Below are positions 28,339 through 38,609 of a DNA stretch of 64,000 nt, piece by piece; within the stretch, counting starts at the first letter, position 1, and every line of letters starts with the position of its first letter. The position numbers were made by a program, and so were the translations under genes. The stretch covers positions 5,022 through 69,021 of the forward strand of contig JAWCDE010000005.1 in assembly GCA_038861395.1 (NCBI GenBank), written 5' to 3'. The DNA comes from Thermoproteota archaeon (GTDB taxonomy: Archaea > Thermoproteota > EX4484-205 > JAAOZP01). The notes beneath the pieces are model-generated. The model was not told where the DNA came from. It saw only the letters and a list, made by a program, of their open reading frames with translations, and did not search any database.

Positions 28339-29613
28339 ATGGCTGAGGAACAGTTCTTCCAAATGTTCCTAAGTGGGCTTTGTGAATCGTTAAATAGACT
28401 AATCCCTTTAGATTTCGACTCTTCACCTTTCAAGAACTCCTATCTTTCCAAATGGTGTTCTTATGGCGAAACATGTAAGCCGGATGGAGCCGTAGTTGCC
28501 TGTGACGGGAGCATTAGCGAATCCAGCTTCTCCGGAGGCTTAGTCATCTGGACTGCGAGGGCTGTAGCACATGTTTACTCGAAAGGAGGCAGACCCGATA
28601 GCCTTATGGAGACTGGTGTGGAGGCGGGCTATAGGCTTCAAGGCCGACAGTTTTTCCTAAAGCTTCTTGAGCTTAGAACGCTGAGACGGGCTTTAGAAAA
28701 AGCTTCACAAACGCATGAAAGGGTTTTCGGCATTTTCGACGGAAGCCTCTATCTTACTTTTCTCCACAATAGGAACCGCTTGAGAGTTTACTCCAAGCTA
28801 TTCGAAAATTATGTCAGGGAGTTGACTCTTCTTCTGAAGCTTGTCGACGAGAAAAAGATGGTTGTCGGCATCTGCAAGGATAGTGACATAAGTTATCTCA
28901 GGGCTAAGATAATGGTTGACATCTTGCATAGCTTAGACCCTGAACTGGCTGCTGAGGCAAGGGGAAGAAGCATACGGAGGATTCGAGAAGTGTTGGGTGA
29001 AAGGATTAAGGACTCGACTCAGGATTTGTTGAAAAACTGCTTAAAGGAGTTGGAGCAGGATTTTTCAGACGAAGGTGTTTACAGCGAGATAGCGCCAGGC
29101 CCAGGGTTCACGAGGCCTCTTCTCCTCGCGCCTCAGACGATTTTCCTAACCGGGGAGGCTAAGTCAACGGGATGGTGGGACTCGAGATTCAGGACGCGCC
29201 TCAACCAAGACGAGGAGCTAAAAGGAGTCCTTAGGGCACTTGACGAATACTTTTCAAACCCCCCAGTAGCGTTAACATATTGGAGACCCAAGATGAGCCT
29301 CAGGGTCTACAGGGTCGACGTGCCTTCAAGCCTTCTGGGATATAGTGGTGCGAGTGGAAGCCTCTCCGGGGACCTTTTCACGGACGATTCGGGTGTTGAA
29401 AAGGCAAAAGCAGTATTCGGCGTGTTAAACCTGCTGCACCAGGAGCCTCATGTTGTTCAACCGCTTGCTGAAGTAGACTGCATCGCCAGGCTCAACAGGA
29501 GCCTCTATAAGAATTCTTACGAGCCTGTTATAGTTGAAGAGTTGAGGAGAAGAGGTTTTAAAGCAAGTCCTAGAAGGAGAAGCATTAGGGATATTGTGTT
29601 AAGGGGATATTAA
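28339..29613 (+). CDS. nurA: NurA-family nuclease
   Basis: VVACDGS, IFDGSL, GICKDS, YRVD; coupled to herA. Confidence 0.85.
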   Translation: MAEEQFFQMFLSGLCESLNRLIPLDFDSSPFKNSYLSKWCSYGETCKPDGAVVACDGSISESSFSGGLVIWTARAVAHVYSKGGRPDSLMETGVEAGYRLQGRQFFLKLLELRTLRRALEKASQTHERVFGIFDGSLYLTFLHNRNRLRVYSKLFENYVRELTLLLKLVDEKKMVVGICKDSDISYLRAKIMVDILHSLDPELAAEARGRSIRRIREVLGERIKDSTQDLLKNCLKELEQDFSDEGVYSEIAPGPGFTRPLLLAPQTIFLTGEAKSTGWWDSRFRTRLNQDEELKGVLRALDEYFSNPPVALTYWRPKMSLRVYRVDVPSSLLGYSGASGSLSGDLFTDDSGVEKAKAVFGVLNLLHQEPHVVQPLAEVDCIARLNRSLYKNSYEPVIVEELRRRGFKASPRRRSIRDIVLRGY

Positions 29614-31166
29614 TGGAGCCGCTTGGTAGAGTAATAGAGGAATCCACACCTTTCCGATTCACCTTCAAGACGGGCATCGATAATCCAATAGCTCTCCATG
29701 ATTACGTCTTTGTTGAAGTTAACAACATTGAGGATGGAAAAGTCAGTAAAGAAAGGGTTCTTGCCGAAGTTGTAGGTTTAGGTTCTAAGAACCCCATGGC
29801 TACGGAAAGGCTTGTTGCAGAGCAGCAAGTATCAACATATTCTTATAAGCTTGTCTCAGCTGAAGTCGTAGGTTACCTTAAAGATGGTAGGATAATCAGA
29901 CCGAAGGTGGCTCCTGACCCTAATTCCCCTGTTTACAGAGCAGATGACGAGCTTCTCCAAGCCTTCTTCTCAGGAATCAATAGTAGAATACCTTTGAAAG
30001 TAACAGCGTTAATTAACAGGCCTGGGATAAGTGTTCCAATACACCTTCAAGACCTCCAGTTTCACCTTGGAATTTTCGCCGCAACCAGAGCGGGCAAGTC
30101 ATATTTTGCTGGAAAATTAATCGAGGAGATTCTGATTAATACCCCGTTTCCAGTAGTAGTTATAGATATTCATGCAGACTATGTCATGATGGATAAAAGA
30201 CAAGACGGGTCTAAACATGGCGACTTCAACGTTATCGTCTACTATCCGCCTAAGGCGCCCAGGATTAGTGGCGTGACAGCAGAGCAGAAAGAGCTCCTGT
30301 TAAGCCCGGAGAAACTGACCCATGAAGCTTTGGCAACGCTCCTAGGCGCAACACTGGGTGAGAGACAGAGAATAATATTGAGAAGAATATTGAAGAAGCT
30401 AAAATCCGAGAGGAAAGCTTTCGGTCTCAATGATGTAATTGCTCAAATAACTGAGGAGTTGAATAAAACAGATGAGAATGGGAAATATTTGCTAAAAGGA
30501 GATGAAAGAGCAAGGTATGAAAGCCTGCGTGACAGACTGGAGGATTTAGGAGAAGATGTTTCCCTCCCCCCTACTGGAATGGATGTTTCCGAATTGCTCC
30601 AGCCTAAAACCCTGAGCGTAATCTGCTTAAACGGCCTACGCTCTAAAGTCCAAGATGCGTATGCGAGCATAATCATTGAAATGCTTTTCAAACACCAAGT
30701 TTCAAGTAAGGATGAAAGGAATTTCATGCCAGTTTTCCTCTTCATAGAAGAAGCACATAGAATAGCGTCTGGAGAAGGTGGAGGATACGCTGTAAGGACT
30801 ATATCAACAGCAATAAGAGAGGGGTCGAAGTTCGGTCTCTTCATAGTTTTAATAAGCCAGCGGCCCAGGAACATTGACCCAGATATTTTAAGCAACGTAG
30901 GTAACTATGCAGTAATGCGCATCACGAATCAACAGGACCAGAGCGTCATAGAGAATGCTAGCGAAAGCTTCTCACACCGGCTTATAGAAGACCTACCGGG
31001 GTTAAACCAGGGCGAGGTGGTGCTCGTAGGACCCTTCGTACCGCTTCCAGCGCATGTTAAAACATTAGAGAGAAGGACGATTCATCATGGAGTTACACCG
31101 GAATTAAGCGTTTTAATAAATAGGATTAATGAGGCGCTGGAACAGAGAGAGAAAAGCAGGTGGTGA
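29613..31166 (+). CDS. herA: HerA helicase/translocase
   Basis: HAS-barrel N-terminus; HLGIFAATRAGKS, IDIHADY, FIEEAH, REGSKFG, ISQRP, LPGLNQGE. Confidence 0.9.
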   Translation: MEPLGRVIEESTPFRFTFKTGIDNPIALHDYVFVEVNNIEDGKVSKERVLAEVVGLGSKNPMATERLVAEQQVSTYSYKLVSAEVVGYLKDGRIIRPKVAPDPNSPVYRADDELLQAFFSGINSRIPLKVTALINRPGISVPIHLQDLQFHLGIFAATRAGKSYFAGKLIEEILINTPFPVVVIDIHADYVMMDKRQDGSKHGDFNVIVYYPPKAPRISGVTAEQKELLLSPEKLTHEALATLLGATLGERQRIILRRILKKLKSERKAFGLNDVIAQITEELNKTDENGKYLLKGDERARYESLRDRLEDLGEDVSLPPTGMDVSELLQPKTLSVICLNGLRSKVQDAYASIIIEMLFKHQVSSKDERNFMPVFLFIEEAHRIASGEGGGYAVRTISTAIREGSKFGLFIVLISQRPRNIDPDILSNVGNYAVMRITNQQDQSVIENASESFSHRLIEDLPGLNQGEVVLVGPFVPLPAHVKTLERRTIHHGVTPELSVLINRINEALEQREKSRW

Positions 31167-32437
31167 AATTGAAAATAGGGGTTTTGGCTGACACTCATGT
31201 AGGCAGAAGAATACCGATTGAAATAGGTGAGCTCAGGAGACGTGCTTATCGCCATGCTTTCACGCAATCCATAAACATTTTCATCGAGGAGGGTGTTGAC
31301 TATGTTATTCACGCAGGAGACCTTTTTGAGAAACGCAGCATGACCTCAGAGGATAGTGTTTTCGTAAAGGAGGAGTTTCAGCGACTTGTAAATTCTATTA
31401 AAGAAAAACATGGCAAGGAGGTTTCAATATTCGTCGTCAGAGGGAATCATGATGGCAGTTACGACAATAATGCTCTTGATTTTGTGAAACACCCGTTGGC
31501 AAAATACCTTAAGGTGGTGGGGGAGTCTCTAGTTAGAGGAGAAGAAGAGTTTTACGTGGATGGGGAAATCATGTTGACCGGCATGCCTTACCATACGTAT
31601 GTTTCACGTGTTTTCAAGGAGGTTAGGCCATTGATCGAGAAACTATTTAAGACAGAGGATTACTTCAAGATTTTCCTAGTGCACAATTTTATCCAAGGGC
31701 ATCACGACATCCCGCCTGGGACGCCTCCGCATAACTTTCTGAGCATCAAGGATTTTGAAGGACTGGGTGTAAACATCGTTATAGCAGGGCATTTCCATAC
31801 GAAAGCTGGACCGCTTGAAGAAAAAGGCATTATCTTCCTGACTCCAGGAGCAACGGAGGCTGTAGATCTGTCTGATGAAGGGCCTTTTGGAGTATACATT
31901 TTAGAACCAGGTGTTAAACCTAGATTCGTTAAAATAAGGCCGTTGCATGAAATACGCAATTCTAAAGTGGATTCTATGGAAACAGTGAAACCCAAGGAGT
32001 GGTATGTAGAAAATGTTTTGAAAGAGGCGAACGCCTATTGCTCGTATCTAAGGGAGAAAAAGGCTGATGGCCTACTGAGAATCGTAATATCAGGATATTT
32101 AGAAGAAGGAGACCCATCGATTATAGATTTGGCTTTGAGAGAAGAATTGTCGGAATTGAAAAGTCAAACGGGACTATTATACGTGGATTTAGTCAACCGC
32201 GTTGAAGAGCTTCCTCAGAAAATAGCGTTTCCGAAAATGGGTACAGGCCTCGACTACATGACAACTGCTCTAAAGCCATTGGGGGAAAACATTGGAGAAG
32301 CCATGAGTCTTATTGAGGAGATAAGTATGCTGCTTGAAGAAAAAGCCAGTCAGAAAACTGGGCTACTAACCGGATTAGATAGGTCTCGCTTCGTTAAAAG
32401 ATGGTTGGAAATATTTGAAAAGCGTGATGTTAAATGA
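31160..32437 (+). CDS. mre11: Mre11/SbcD metallophosphoesterase nuclease
   Basis: ADTHVG, HAGDLFE, RGNHD, VH, AGHFH motifs. Confidence 0.88.
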   Translation: MVKLKIGVLADTHVGRRIPIEIGELRRRAYRHAFTQSINIFIEEGVDYVIHAGDLFEKRSMTSEDSVFVKEEFQRLVNSIKEKHGKEVSIFVVRGNHDGSYDNNALDFVKHPLAKYLKVVGESLVRGEEEFYVDGEIMLTGMPYHTYVSRVFKEVRPLIEKLFKTEDYFKIFLVHNFIQGHHDIPPGTPPHNFLSIKDFEGLGVNIVIAGHFHTKAGPLEEKGIIFLTPGATEAVDLSDEGPFGVYILEPGVKPRFVKIRPLHEIRNSKVDSMETVKPKEWYVENVLKEANAYCSYLREKKADGLLRIVISGYLEEGDPSIIDLALREELSELKSQTGLLYVDLVNRVEELPQKIAFPKMGTGLDYMTTALKPLGENIGEAMSLIEEISMLLEEKASQKTGLLTGLDRSRFVKRWLEIFEKRDVK

Positions 32438-34425
32438 GCACTGTAATAGAAAAACTAGTTTTGAAGAATTTTGAAAGATATAGAAGGGTTGAAATAGATT
32501 TTTCAGCAGGACTTAATTTAGTCAGGGGCAGAAACTCAACGGGCAAAACTACGATTCTAAACGCCCTAACCTTTGCGCTTTTCGGAGAAACCCCGGAAGT
32601 AAGACCTAGGCTATTAGTATCTAGACTACCGGGCTCTGGTGAGATGTCTGTATACGTAAAATTCAGAAGTCCAAGGAGTGGTCAAATAGTAGAAGTAGAA
32701 AGGAAGGGTAGCCTAGATAGAAATGGAGATTACAGGACGGAGAGTAGAGTGCTTAAAATCGACGGTAAAACAATACCTGTTGACAGCGAGGAAGCTCTTA
32801 AACAAAAAGTTACTGAGCTCCTTGGAATGAGCCTTAGAAGGTTTCTCAACCTCGTCTACGTTAGGCAGGGAGGATTAAACGAAATACTCTCGCCAGACAG
32901 AGATCAGATGGACTCAATATTAGGAATAACTCTACTGAGGGAAGTTCGAGAACAGTTTGAAGAGGTACGTAAGGAATTAGAAAGGTTTGAGGGAAAAGAT
33001 GTTATGACTGAGTTACGAATATTAGAGGAGCAAATACCTAAGTACAATTCCGATCTAAGTTACGTAAATAAGGATATCGAGAATCTGGAGAACGAGATAA
33101 AGGAGTTAAGCGAGACAGTTAGCAAAGCGGAATCAAAAGAATTAAGCGAGCTCTTGGCAAGCATAAAGGATAGGGACAGTATTGAGCAGGAGTTGAATAA
33201 GAACAATTCTAAAATCCAGGCTTTTCTAGAGCAGACAGGATCTTCGTCAATAATAGAGCTTGAAGAGAAATTAAGGTCCTGTAGCAAGGAGCTTGAAAAT
33301 CTAGTATCTAAGAAGAGTTATCTAGAGGAAATAGTAAAATCCTGCGAAGAAAAATGGTCAGTAACAAGGGCACAGGTGGAGAACTTTAGGAAACGGATTA
33401 GAGAGCATAAAGAACTTGCTGAAAGCGGATTATCTAAATGCCCCAAATGTGGTCAGGAAATTAACCCCTTAATCCTCCGGGGAATGCTTGAGGAGGATCA
33501 GGCTTTACTAAAAGGGCTTGAGGAAGAAGAAGAGAACTTGAGGAAGATTGTTGACTCGAACAGGGGTGTATTGAAACAGATTCTCGACGAACTTAAACGG
33601 CTTGAAACTAATCATTCTAGATTAGCCTCCGCGATGAATAGTATAGGTGAGACTCTGAAAACCGTGGAGAAGCTTTTAGATAAGAAGAACTTGATTTTAG
33701 GGTTAATAACCGCAAGGCTGACTAGTCTAAATCTTCCATTCAAGCCCGAGGACCCGTATTTAGCACTGAAGATAGCTCAACTCCTACCCATTCAGCCTGA
33801 AGAGCTGGCGAGGAAAAAGAAAGACTTGGAGGAGAAGGTGAAAACATTGGAGGAGAAGAAGCGTAGGCGGGATAAAATCATGGAGGATGTTGAGAAAGCC
33901 AGAGGATTACTTGACAAGCTTAAGAGACGGGTTGAAAAAGCCAACCTTGCCAAAATGCTTGCGCAATCTCTTGAGAAGGCGATTGAGGAAAGGAGGCGTG
34001 AACTCTTACGACGAATAGAGTTTAAGGCATTAGAGTATTACAGGATTATGACTGATCAGCATGTTTACGACGCTATTAGAATAGACCCGGAGGATTATTC
34101 TGTCTGGGTTCATCCTCGGGGTTTAACGGAACCGATACCGGCAAACAGGGTTGGAGGAGGGCATCAAACAATAATATCTCTCGCCGTACGCCTTGCCCTA
34201 CTAGACTCCTTAAACCTCAGATCCATACTAATACTGGACGAGCCCACCTACGGCGTTGACTCGCAGAACCTGCCTCAAATAGCCAACTACATAGGAGAGG
34301 TTTCAAAATATATTTCGCAAATGATACTTGTTACTCATCACAGCATATGCGAGGAAGAAGCATCCAACATTATAAACGTAATCGTACAAGAGGACGGTAC
34401 TTCTAAAGTTGAACTGGAAGCGTAA
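32434..34425 (+). CDS. rad50: Rad50/SbcC SMC-like ATPase (short, 663 aa)
   Basis: LKNF, GRNSTGKTT, YVRQG, coiled coils with central zinc hook CPKCG, altered signature VGGGH, ILDEPT, VTH. Confidence 0.88.
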   Translation: MSTVIEKLVLKNFERYRRVEIDFSAGLNLVRGRNSTGKTTILNALTFALFGETPEVRPRLLVSRLPGSGEMSVYVKFRSPRSGQIVEVERKGSLDRNGDYRTESRVLKIDGKTIPVDSEEALKQKVTELLGMSLRRFLNLVYVRQGGLNEILSPDRDQMDSILGITLLREVREQFEEVRKELERFEGKDVMTELRILEEQIPKYNSDLSYVNKDIENLENEIKELSETVSKAESKELSELLASIKDRDSIEQELNKNNSKIQAFLEQTGSSSIIELEEKLRSCSKELENLVSKKSYLEEIVKSCEEKWSVTRAQVENFRKRIREHKELAESGLSKCPKCGQEINPLILRGMLEEDQALLKGLEEEEENLRKIVDSNRGVLKQILDELKRLETNHSRLASAMNSIGETLKTVEKLLDKKNLILGLITARLTSLNLPFKPEDPYLALKIAQLLPIQPEELARKKKDLEEKVKTLEEKKRRRDKIMEDVEKARGLLDKLKRRVEKANLAKMLAQSLEKAIEERRRELLRRIEFKALEYYRIMTDQHVYDAIRIDPEDYSVWVHPRGLTEPIPANRVGGGHQTIISLAVRLALLDSLNLRSILILDEPTYGVDSQNLPQIANYIGEVSKYISQMILVTHHSICEEEASNIINVIVQEDGTSKVELEA

Positions 34426-34443
34426 TAAAAAAGTTTTTGATTA

Positions 34444-34990
34444 TTAGAGTCCGATTAATATTTCCTCAAATATCTTCATCGTCCTCTCTTTCTTAGCTTT
34501 AAGTTTCACTCTCCTAAGATCTATTTTCGTAAACTTCATTATCCCCCTAACGTCTTCAATATCTTTCGCAGCTCTGTCTCTCGACACTGTCGCCTTAATC
34601 ATCCGTAGCTTCGCTAAAATCAATTCCTCAGGATCTTGGAAAAAAGTATTTAAATCGAAAATCGTACCCTTCCTCCTTTTAAACTTCCTTTCAGAAAATA
34701 TTATGTCAACACTGTAAGGAGACTTCTCATCATTAATTGTTATAATCTTATACCCAGATTTCAACACTTTCCTTACTGTTTCTTTTTCGACCTTAAGTTT
34801 TGCCCTTTTAAGAGCTGAAACAAATTTGTCAATATCTTTTTCACTAGAAACCGTTACCATAATATCAATATCAACAGTAGCACGGGGAACCATAGAAACT
34901 AGCTGCTATAGCGCCAGTAAAAGCATATTCTAAACCTGCTTCCTCTAACGCAGTTACAAGCCTCCTGACCAGATTTTTCAATGTATTCAA
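34444..34990 (-). pseudogene. Frameshifted nucleotidyltransferase (DUF6036-like, putative TA toxin)
   Basis: TTG at 34990 reads MNTLKNLVRRLVTALEEAGLEYAFTGAIAASFYG, then the protein continues in another frame PRATVDIDI...PEELILAKL...KDIEDV; about 2 nt missing near 34890. Confidence 0.75.
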
Positions 34991-34993
34991 AAC

Positions 34994-35206
34994 TTATCCT
35001 CTCAGCGTTACACGATGCCTCTTCATCCATTTAATGCGTTTCCTAAGTTCCTCAAGCAAGCTACTCTCATTTAACCCCGGTTTTTGTGCCTTAATCCCAG
35101 CAGTACAAACTGCAACACACACATCGCTCATTTCAATTGCTAATTCCACCTTCTCTTCCGGATTAAGATTCTTCATACTCCTCGCTCTTTTGCTCAATTC
35201 CCACAT
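34994..35206 (-). CDS. Small helical protein, putative antitoxin partner of the nucleotidyltransferase
   Basis: LNPEEKVELAIEMSD...AGIKAQKPG...EELRKRI pattern typical of genes upstream of such NTases; 3 bp from the NTase start. Confidence 0.6.
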   Translation of the reverse strand: MWELSKRARSMKNLNPEEKVELAIEMSDVCVAVCTAGIKAQKPGLNESSLLEELRKRIKWMKRHRVTLRG

Positions 35207-35322
35207 TATAGTATTGTTGAAGGAGTACTAAAAGGTTAAGAGTATTCTGCAGTGATGGAACCAGATTCTAGTAAGATACCAAATTTTTATTAATTTGCTG
35301 TATAGCATACTTATTAAGATAG

Positions 35323-35925
35323 ATGGGGGAACTTAGCAAAAGAAAAAATGCAGTTAAACTATTGGAACAACTAAACAGAATTAACACAGCTTTTGACCAA
35401 GCCACTCCTTATTTATTCATGATTTTAGGTTTATACTTAATTTTCATTTTTCTTCCCATGCTTGCCTCTTACTCTAATGATTTAAGAAGATTTGAGGATG
35501 CGCTAAGGAGAAATCCTGGTACGTTTCCTTCTGCGGAGATAGTGCTTATTAGGGCGATGTGCGACGTATTGCTCTCCATAGTTCTTCTGGGGTTGAGTGC
35601 GGTTTGCATAGGTTACTTGGGTATGAAACCGGAAATCAAAAACAAATTTTGGAAATCGCCCACTACAAGGAAGCTTCAATTCATAGTTATAATATTGGTT
35701 GTTCTCATAGAGATAGCAGTAGCTATACTTAATTTAATGGACGGAGTGGTGGTTGAAATCGCTTTTTACACTCTACTAAAAGGATATGATGCGTTACTCT
35801 TCACATCGTCGAAGCTACTTCTTTTAATCGCATCTATTGCGGCCATTACGTTTGTAATACCAATCCTCTATTTTTACTTTAGTAAGGTCTTCAAAAGGTG
35901 GAAAAAGATGAAAAAGATCAACTAG
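35323..35925 (+). CDS. Hypothetical membrane protein (about 4 TM)
   Basis: Four hydrophobic segments and a basic C-terminal tail. Confidence 0.65.
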   Translation: MGELSKRKNAVKLLEQLNRINTAFDQATPYLFMILGLYLIFIFLPMLASYSNDLRRFEDALRRNPGTFPSAEIVLIRAMCDVLLSIVLLGLSAVCIGYLGMKPEIKNKFWKSPTTRKLQFIVIILVVLIEIAVAILNLMDGVVVEIAFYTLLKGYDALLFTSSKLLLLIASIAAITFVIPILYFYFSKVFKRWKKMKKIN

Positions 35926-35942
35926 CATTTTTGAACGTTGTT

Positions 35943-36125
35943 TCATATTTTTGATGCTTGTTCTCCTCGTACTCCCCAGTTGCTTTTAGGCACATCGTGG
36001 ATGATTATATTAAGCCATTCTGGTTTCACGCCGATTTCTTCAAACACTCTCGTTATTCCTTTTATGAGTTTCTCCTTCTGTTCTTCAGTGCGCCCCTCCC
36101 ACATTTCAACTATGACTACTGGCAT
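35943..36125 (-). CDS. 4-oxalocrotonate tautomerase family protein
   Basis: Catalytic Pro-1 after Met: MPVVIVEMWEGRTEEQKEKLI...NWGVRG. Confidence 0.9.
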   Translation of the reverse strand: MPVVIVEMWEGRTEEQKEKLIKGITRVFEEIGVKPEWLNIIIHDVPKSNWGVRGEQASKI

Positions 36126-36189
36126 TCCAATCACCGTATATTTTGGTAATACCGATTTTAAAAGGATTTCTATGTTTTTGAAGACACTT

Positions 36190-37014
36190 TTAAGAAACTG
36201 GAATCTCTAACACGCAGTGGTGTCTTGTTTCCTCCCATTCGGCATAGGGGAAATGAGCTTCAATAACATAGATGCCTTCTTCATCAACCTTGTACTCGTA
36301 TTCTGATCGAATCGCTTCACCAGCCTTTAAAACGCGTTCCTGAATAACTTGAACACATACTTTCCCAGGATCGTAACCTATCGGAAAAAGCTCGATTCTA
36401 CGGCCACTAGGAGTCTGAAGGTATATTTTAAAGTCTGGAGAACAAGGCGTTGGTGAAGAATAGTAGAAATCCTTCTTTATAGGGTTTACAGCTACCGCAT
36501 ATATTTTCAATGTCTCGCCTTTGTTAACGGTAAGCCTATCCGTTTTTAGGTAAAAGATTATATCTCGAAGATTCGATGGAAAGCCACTAGTTTCACGTAA
36601 CAACTGGTAAAGATAAGTAAGTTCTTTAGGCGGCTTCTCACCGACATCAGTCCAATAGTAGTTTATGGCTCTACCCTTACTGTAAACAGTTAGGTTATAA
36701 ATGAAATAGTCTGCAGCTCCTTCTTCAGGCTTAAGCTCTAAACCATCTGGACATGCTTTAAGAAGGAGATTCATCCTACTCGTTAATTCATCTAGTACAA
36801 AGCTTGGTATTGATATTGAGCTGTTTTTCCTCTTGGAAAATACAGTTCCGTTAGAATAATATTCGTAGGTCTCGTATGCACCCCAGAATCCGCCTGAAAT
36901 ATTCAGTTCCATTATTTTTTCAAAGTTTTTCTGAACACTGATGAATGCAACGATTAGCGAACCGATTAGCACTGGTGCAAGCCACATGAATGTGTAGAAC
37001 TCAATCTTGCTCAT
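36190..37014 (-). CDS. Membrane-anchored extracellular protein; possible emfourin-like + BsuPI-like domains
   Basis: N-terminal TM; SGGFWG...GAADYFIYNLTV...PPKEL; C-terminal beta-sandwich with CVQVIQERVLKAGE. Confidence 0.55.
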   Translation of the reverse strand: MSKIEFYTFMWLAPVLIGSLIVAFISVQKNFEKIMELNISGGFWGAYETYEYYSNGTVFSKRKNSSISIPSFVLDELTSRMNLLLKACPDGLELKPEEGAADYFIYNLTVYSKGRAINYYWTDVGEKPPKELTYLYQLLRETSGFPSNLRDIIFYLKTDRLTVNKGETLKIYAVAVNPIKKDFYYSSPTPCSPDFKIYLQTPSGRRIELFPIGYDPGKVCVQVIQERVLKAGEAIRSEYEYKVDEEGIYVIEAHFPYAEWEETRHHCVLEIPVS

Positions 37015-37489
37015 AAAAAAACATTGCAAGCGGTAGTATATAATTCTAGATTTTCGAACAATTTAAAAACCTGTAGTAATGGAAATGAAATACTATAATG
37101 GTTTTTAGATTAAGAGATTTATTTTTCAGCCACTTATGTTCCTCTTAACATGGCTAGTGGAGAGAACTTGTTTCACGATTTAGGGATTATACAAAGTATA
37201 TGCTTTACAAAATGTATGTAAGTACGCTTGGTGAACTGAATTATCGGACAGATATTTCCACGAATAGCTTTAAGAGCTCTACGCAATGTTAAATTCACGT
37301 GCGATATTGACTTTTTAAAAAGAAATTGGCAATACCAAGTTTTAATTAGAATTTTTAGGGAAACTTTTAGTTAGATTGAGAGATTTTCCAAGAATATCCG
37401 AAAAGAGGTTAAAGCACTTTCAATAATACTAACTTATTTTGTAAAAGAAAGGAAAGCTTATCTATTGGCATGCTTGTCGTTTTTACAAA

Positions 37490-38530
37490 ATGTCTATCAC
37501 AGTAAATAAGGAGCAACTTATCGATGTTCTAAAAGATGTTTCAAGAATAGTGGAGCTTAAGAATGACATTGGTTCCATAATAATATCGGAATACGGTGCG
37601 AGAATCCTGGGAGTATTTGTAGGTAAATGGCAAAACCCATTCTGGATTGCTAATAATCCGCGAGAAGCAATTGTTAATAGAGACTGGAGGATAGGTGGAA
37701 ATAGACTCTGGATCTCACCTGAGAGAAATTTCTTCTATAAAAAGCCAGATAGTTTTGAAGATTGGTTCTGCCCCGTCCAACTAGACCCTGGAGACTGGAA
37801 GATAACTCATTCGGATGCGAAAAGCGTAACTCTAGAAGAAGACATGGAGCTAGAAGATTTCAAGAATAAAACTAAAATAGGTTTCTCTCTATCGAGGCGG
37901 ATTTCATTACAGGAAACGAGTATTAAGGGCCTAAGTTGCATTAGGCTTAGAGTCAGAGACGCGTTAATAGCTAGAAACGGGATTGAGGAGAGTGTAAACC
38001 TTTGGTCCATTACCCAAGTACGTCCGGGTAAGGCGGGTACTGTTATAGTTCCAGTAAGTCCCAAGGCAAAGCCGGTGCACTATTTCGGAGCTATACCGAA
38101 GAATAGGCTCAAGGTTTCGAGAGACCACATATCGTTCAAAATAGACGGCATGGCTGTTTACAAGCTTGGGGTTATGCCTGAAGACATGCCCAACCCCGGT
38201 TGCTCAAGCATAATGTACTATGCTGAATATGATAAAAACGAAGTCTTCCTGATTTCAATGAGGACTCTTATGGCTCCTGAGAGCCAGGAGGAATGTTTAG
38301 ACGTTGCGAAAGCGGATCCGCAGGGTCCAAAGGGATGTGTACAATCTTACAATTCAGGCCCCGATCTCTGCTTCGGAGAATTGGAATTACACTTCAAACC
38401 TGCTGTTAAAGTTAAGAATAACTGGATATCATACGCTGACTACGACATAGAGGTCTTAGCCGGGAATCGCGGAGGAGTCTTGAAGGTCTTGAGAAAGTAT
38501 ATTCCAAAGCCATTACTGTTTAAAGGTTAA
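37490..38530 (+). CDS. Uncharacterised beta-rich protein (DUF6786/DUF4380-like, galactose-mutarotase-like fold)
   Basis: YGARILG, W.IGGNRLWISPE, LWSITQV, Q.YNSG...FGELELH. Confidence 0.55.
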   Translation: MSITVNKEQLIDVLKDVSRIVELKNDIGSIIISEYGARILGVFVGKWQNPFWIANNPREAIVNRDWRIGGNRLWISPERNFFYKKPDSFEDWFCPVQLDPGDWKITHSDAKSVTLEEDMELEDFKNKTKIGFSLSRRISLQETSIKGLSCIRLRVRDALIARNGIEESVNLWSITQVRPGKAGTVIVPVSPKAKPVHYFGAIPKNRLKVSRDHISFKIDGMAVYKLGVMPEDMPNPGCSSIMYYAEYDKNEVFLISMRTLMAPESQEECLDVAKADPQGPKGCVQSYNSGPDLCFGELELHFKPAVKVKNNWISYADYDIEVLAGNRGGVLKVLRKYIPKPLLFKG

Positions 38531-38609
38531 ATCACAGACTTTTGTTCATCTCAATTACATTCTAAGTTTTTAGAAAAGACTATAAGTTGGCTTAGAAATT
38601 TGGAGAAAG

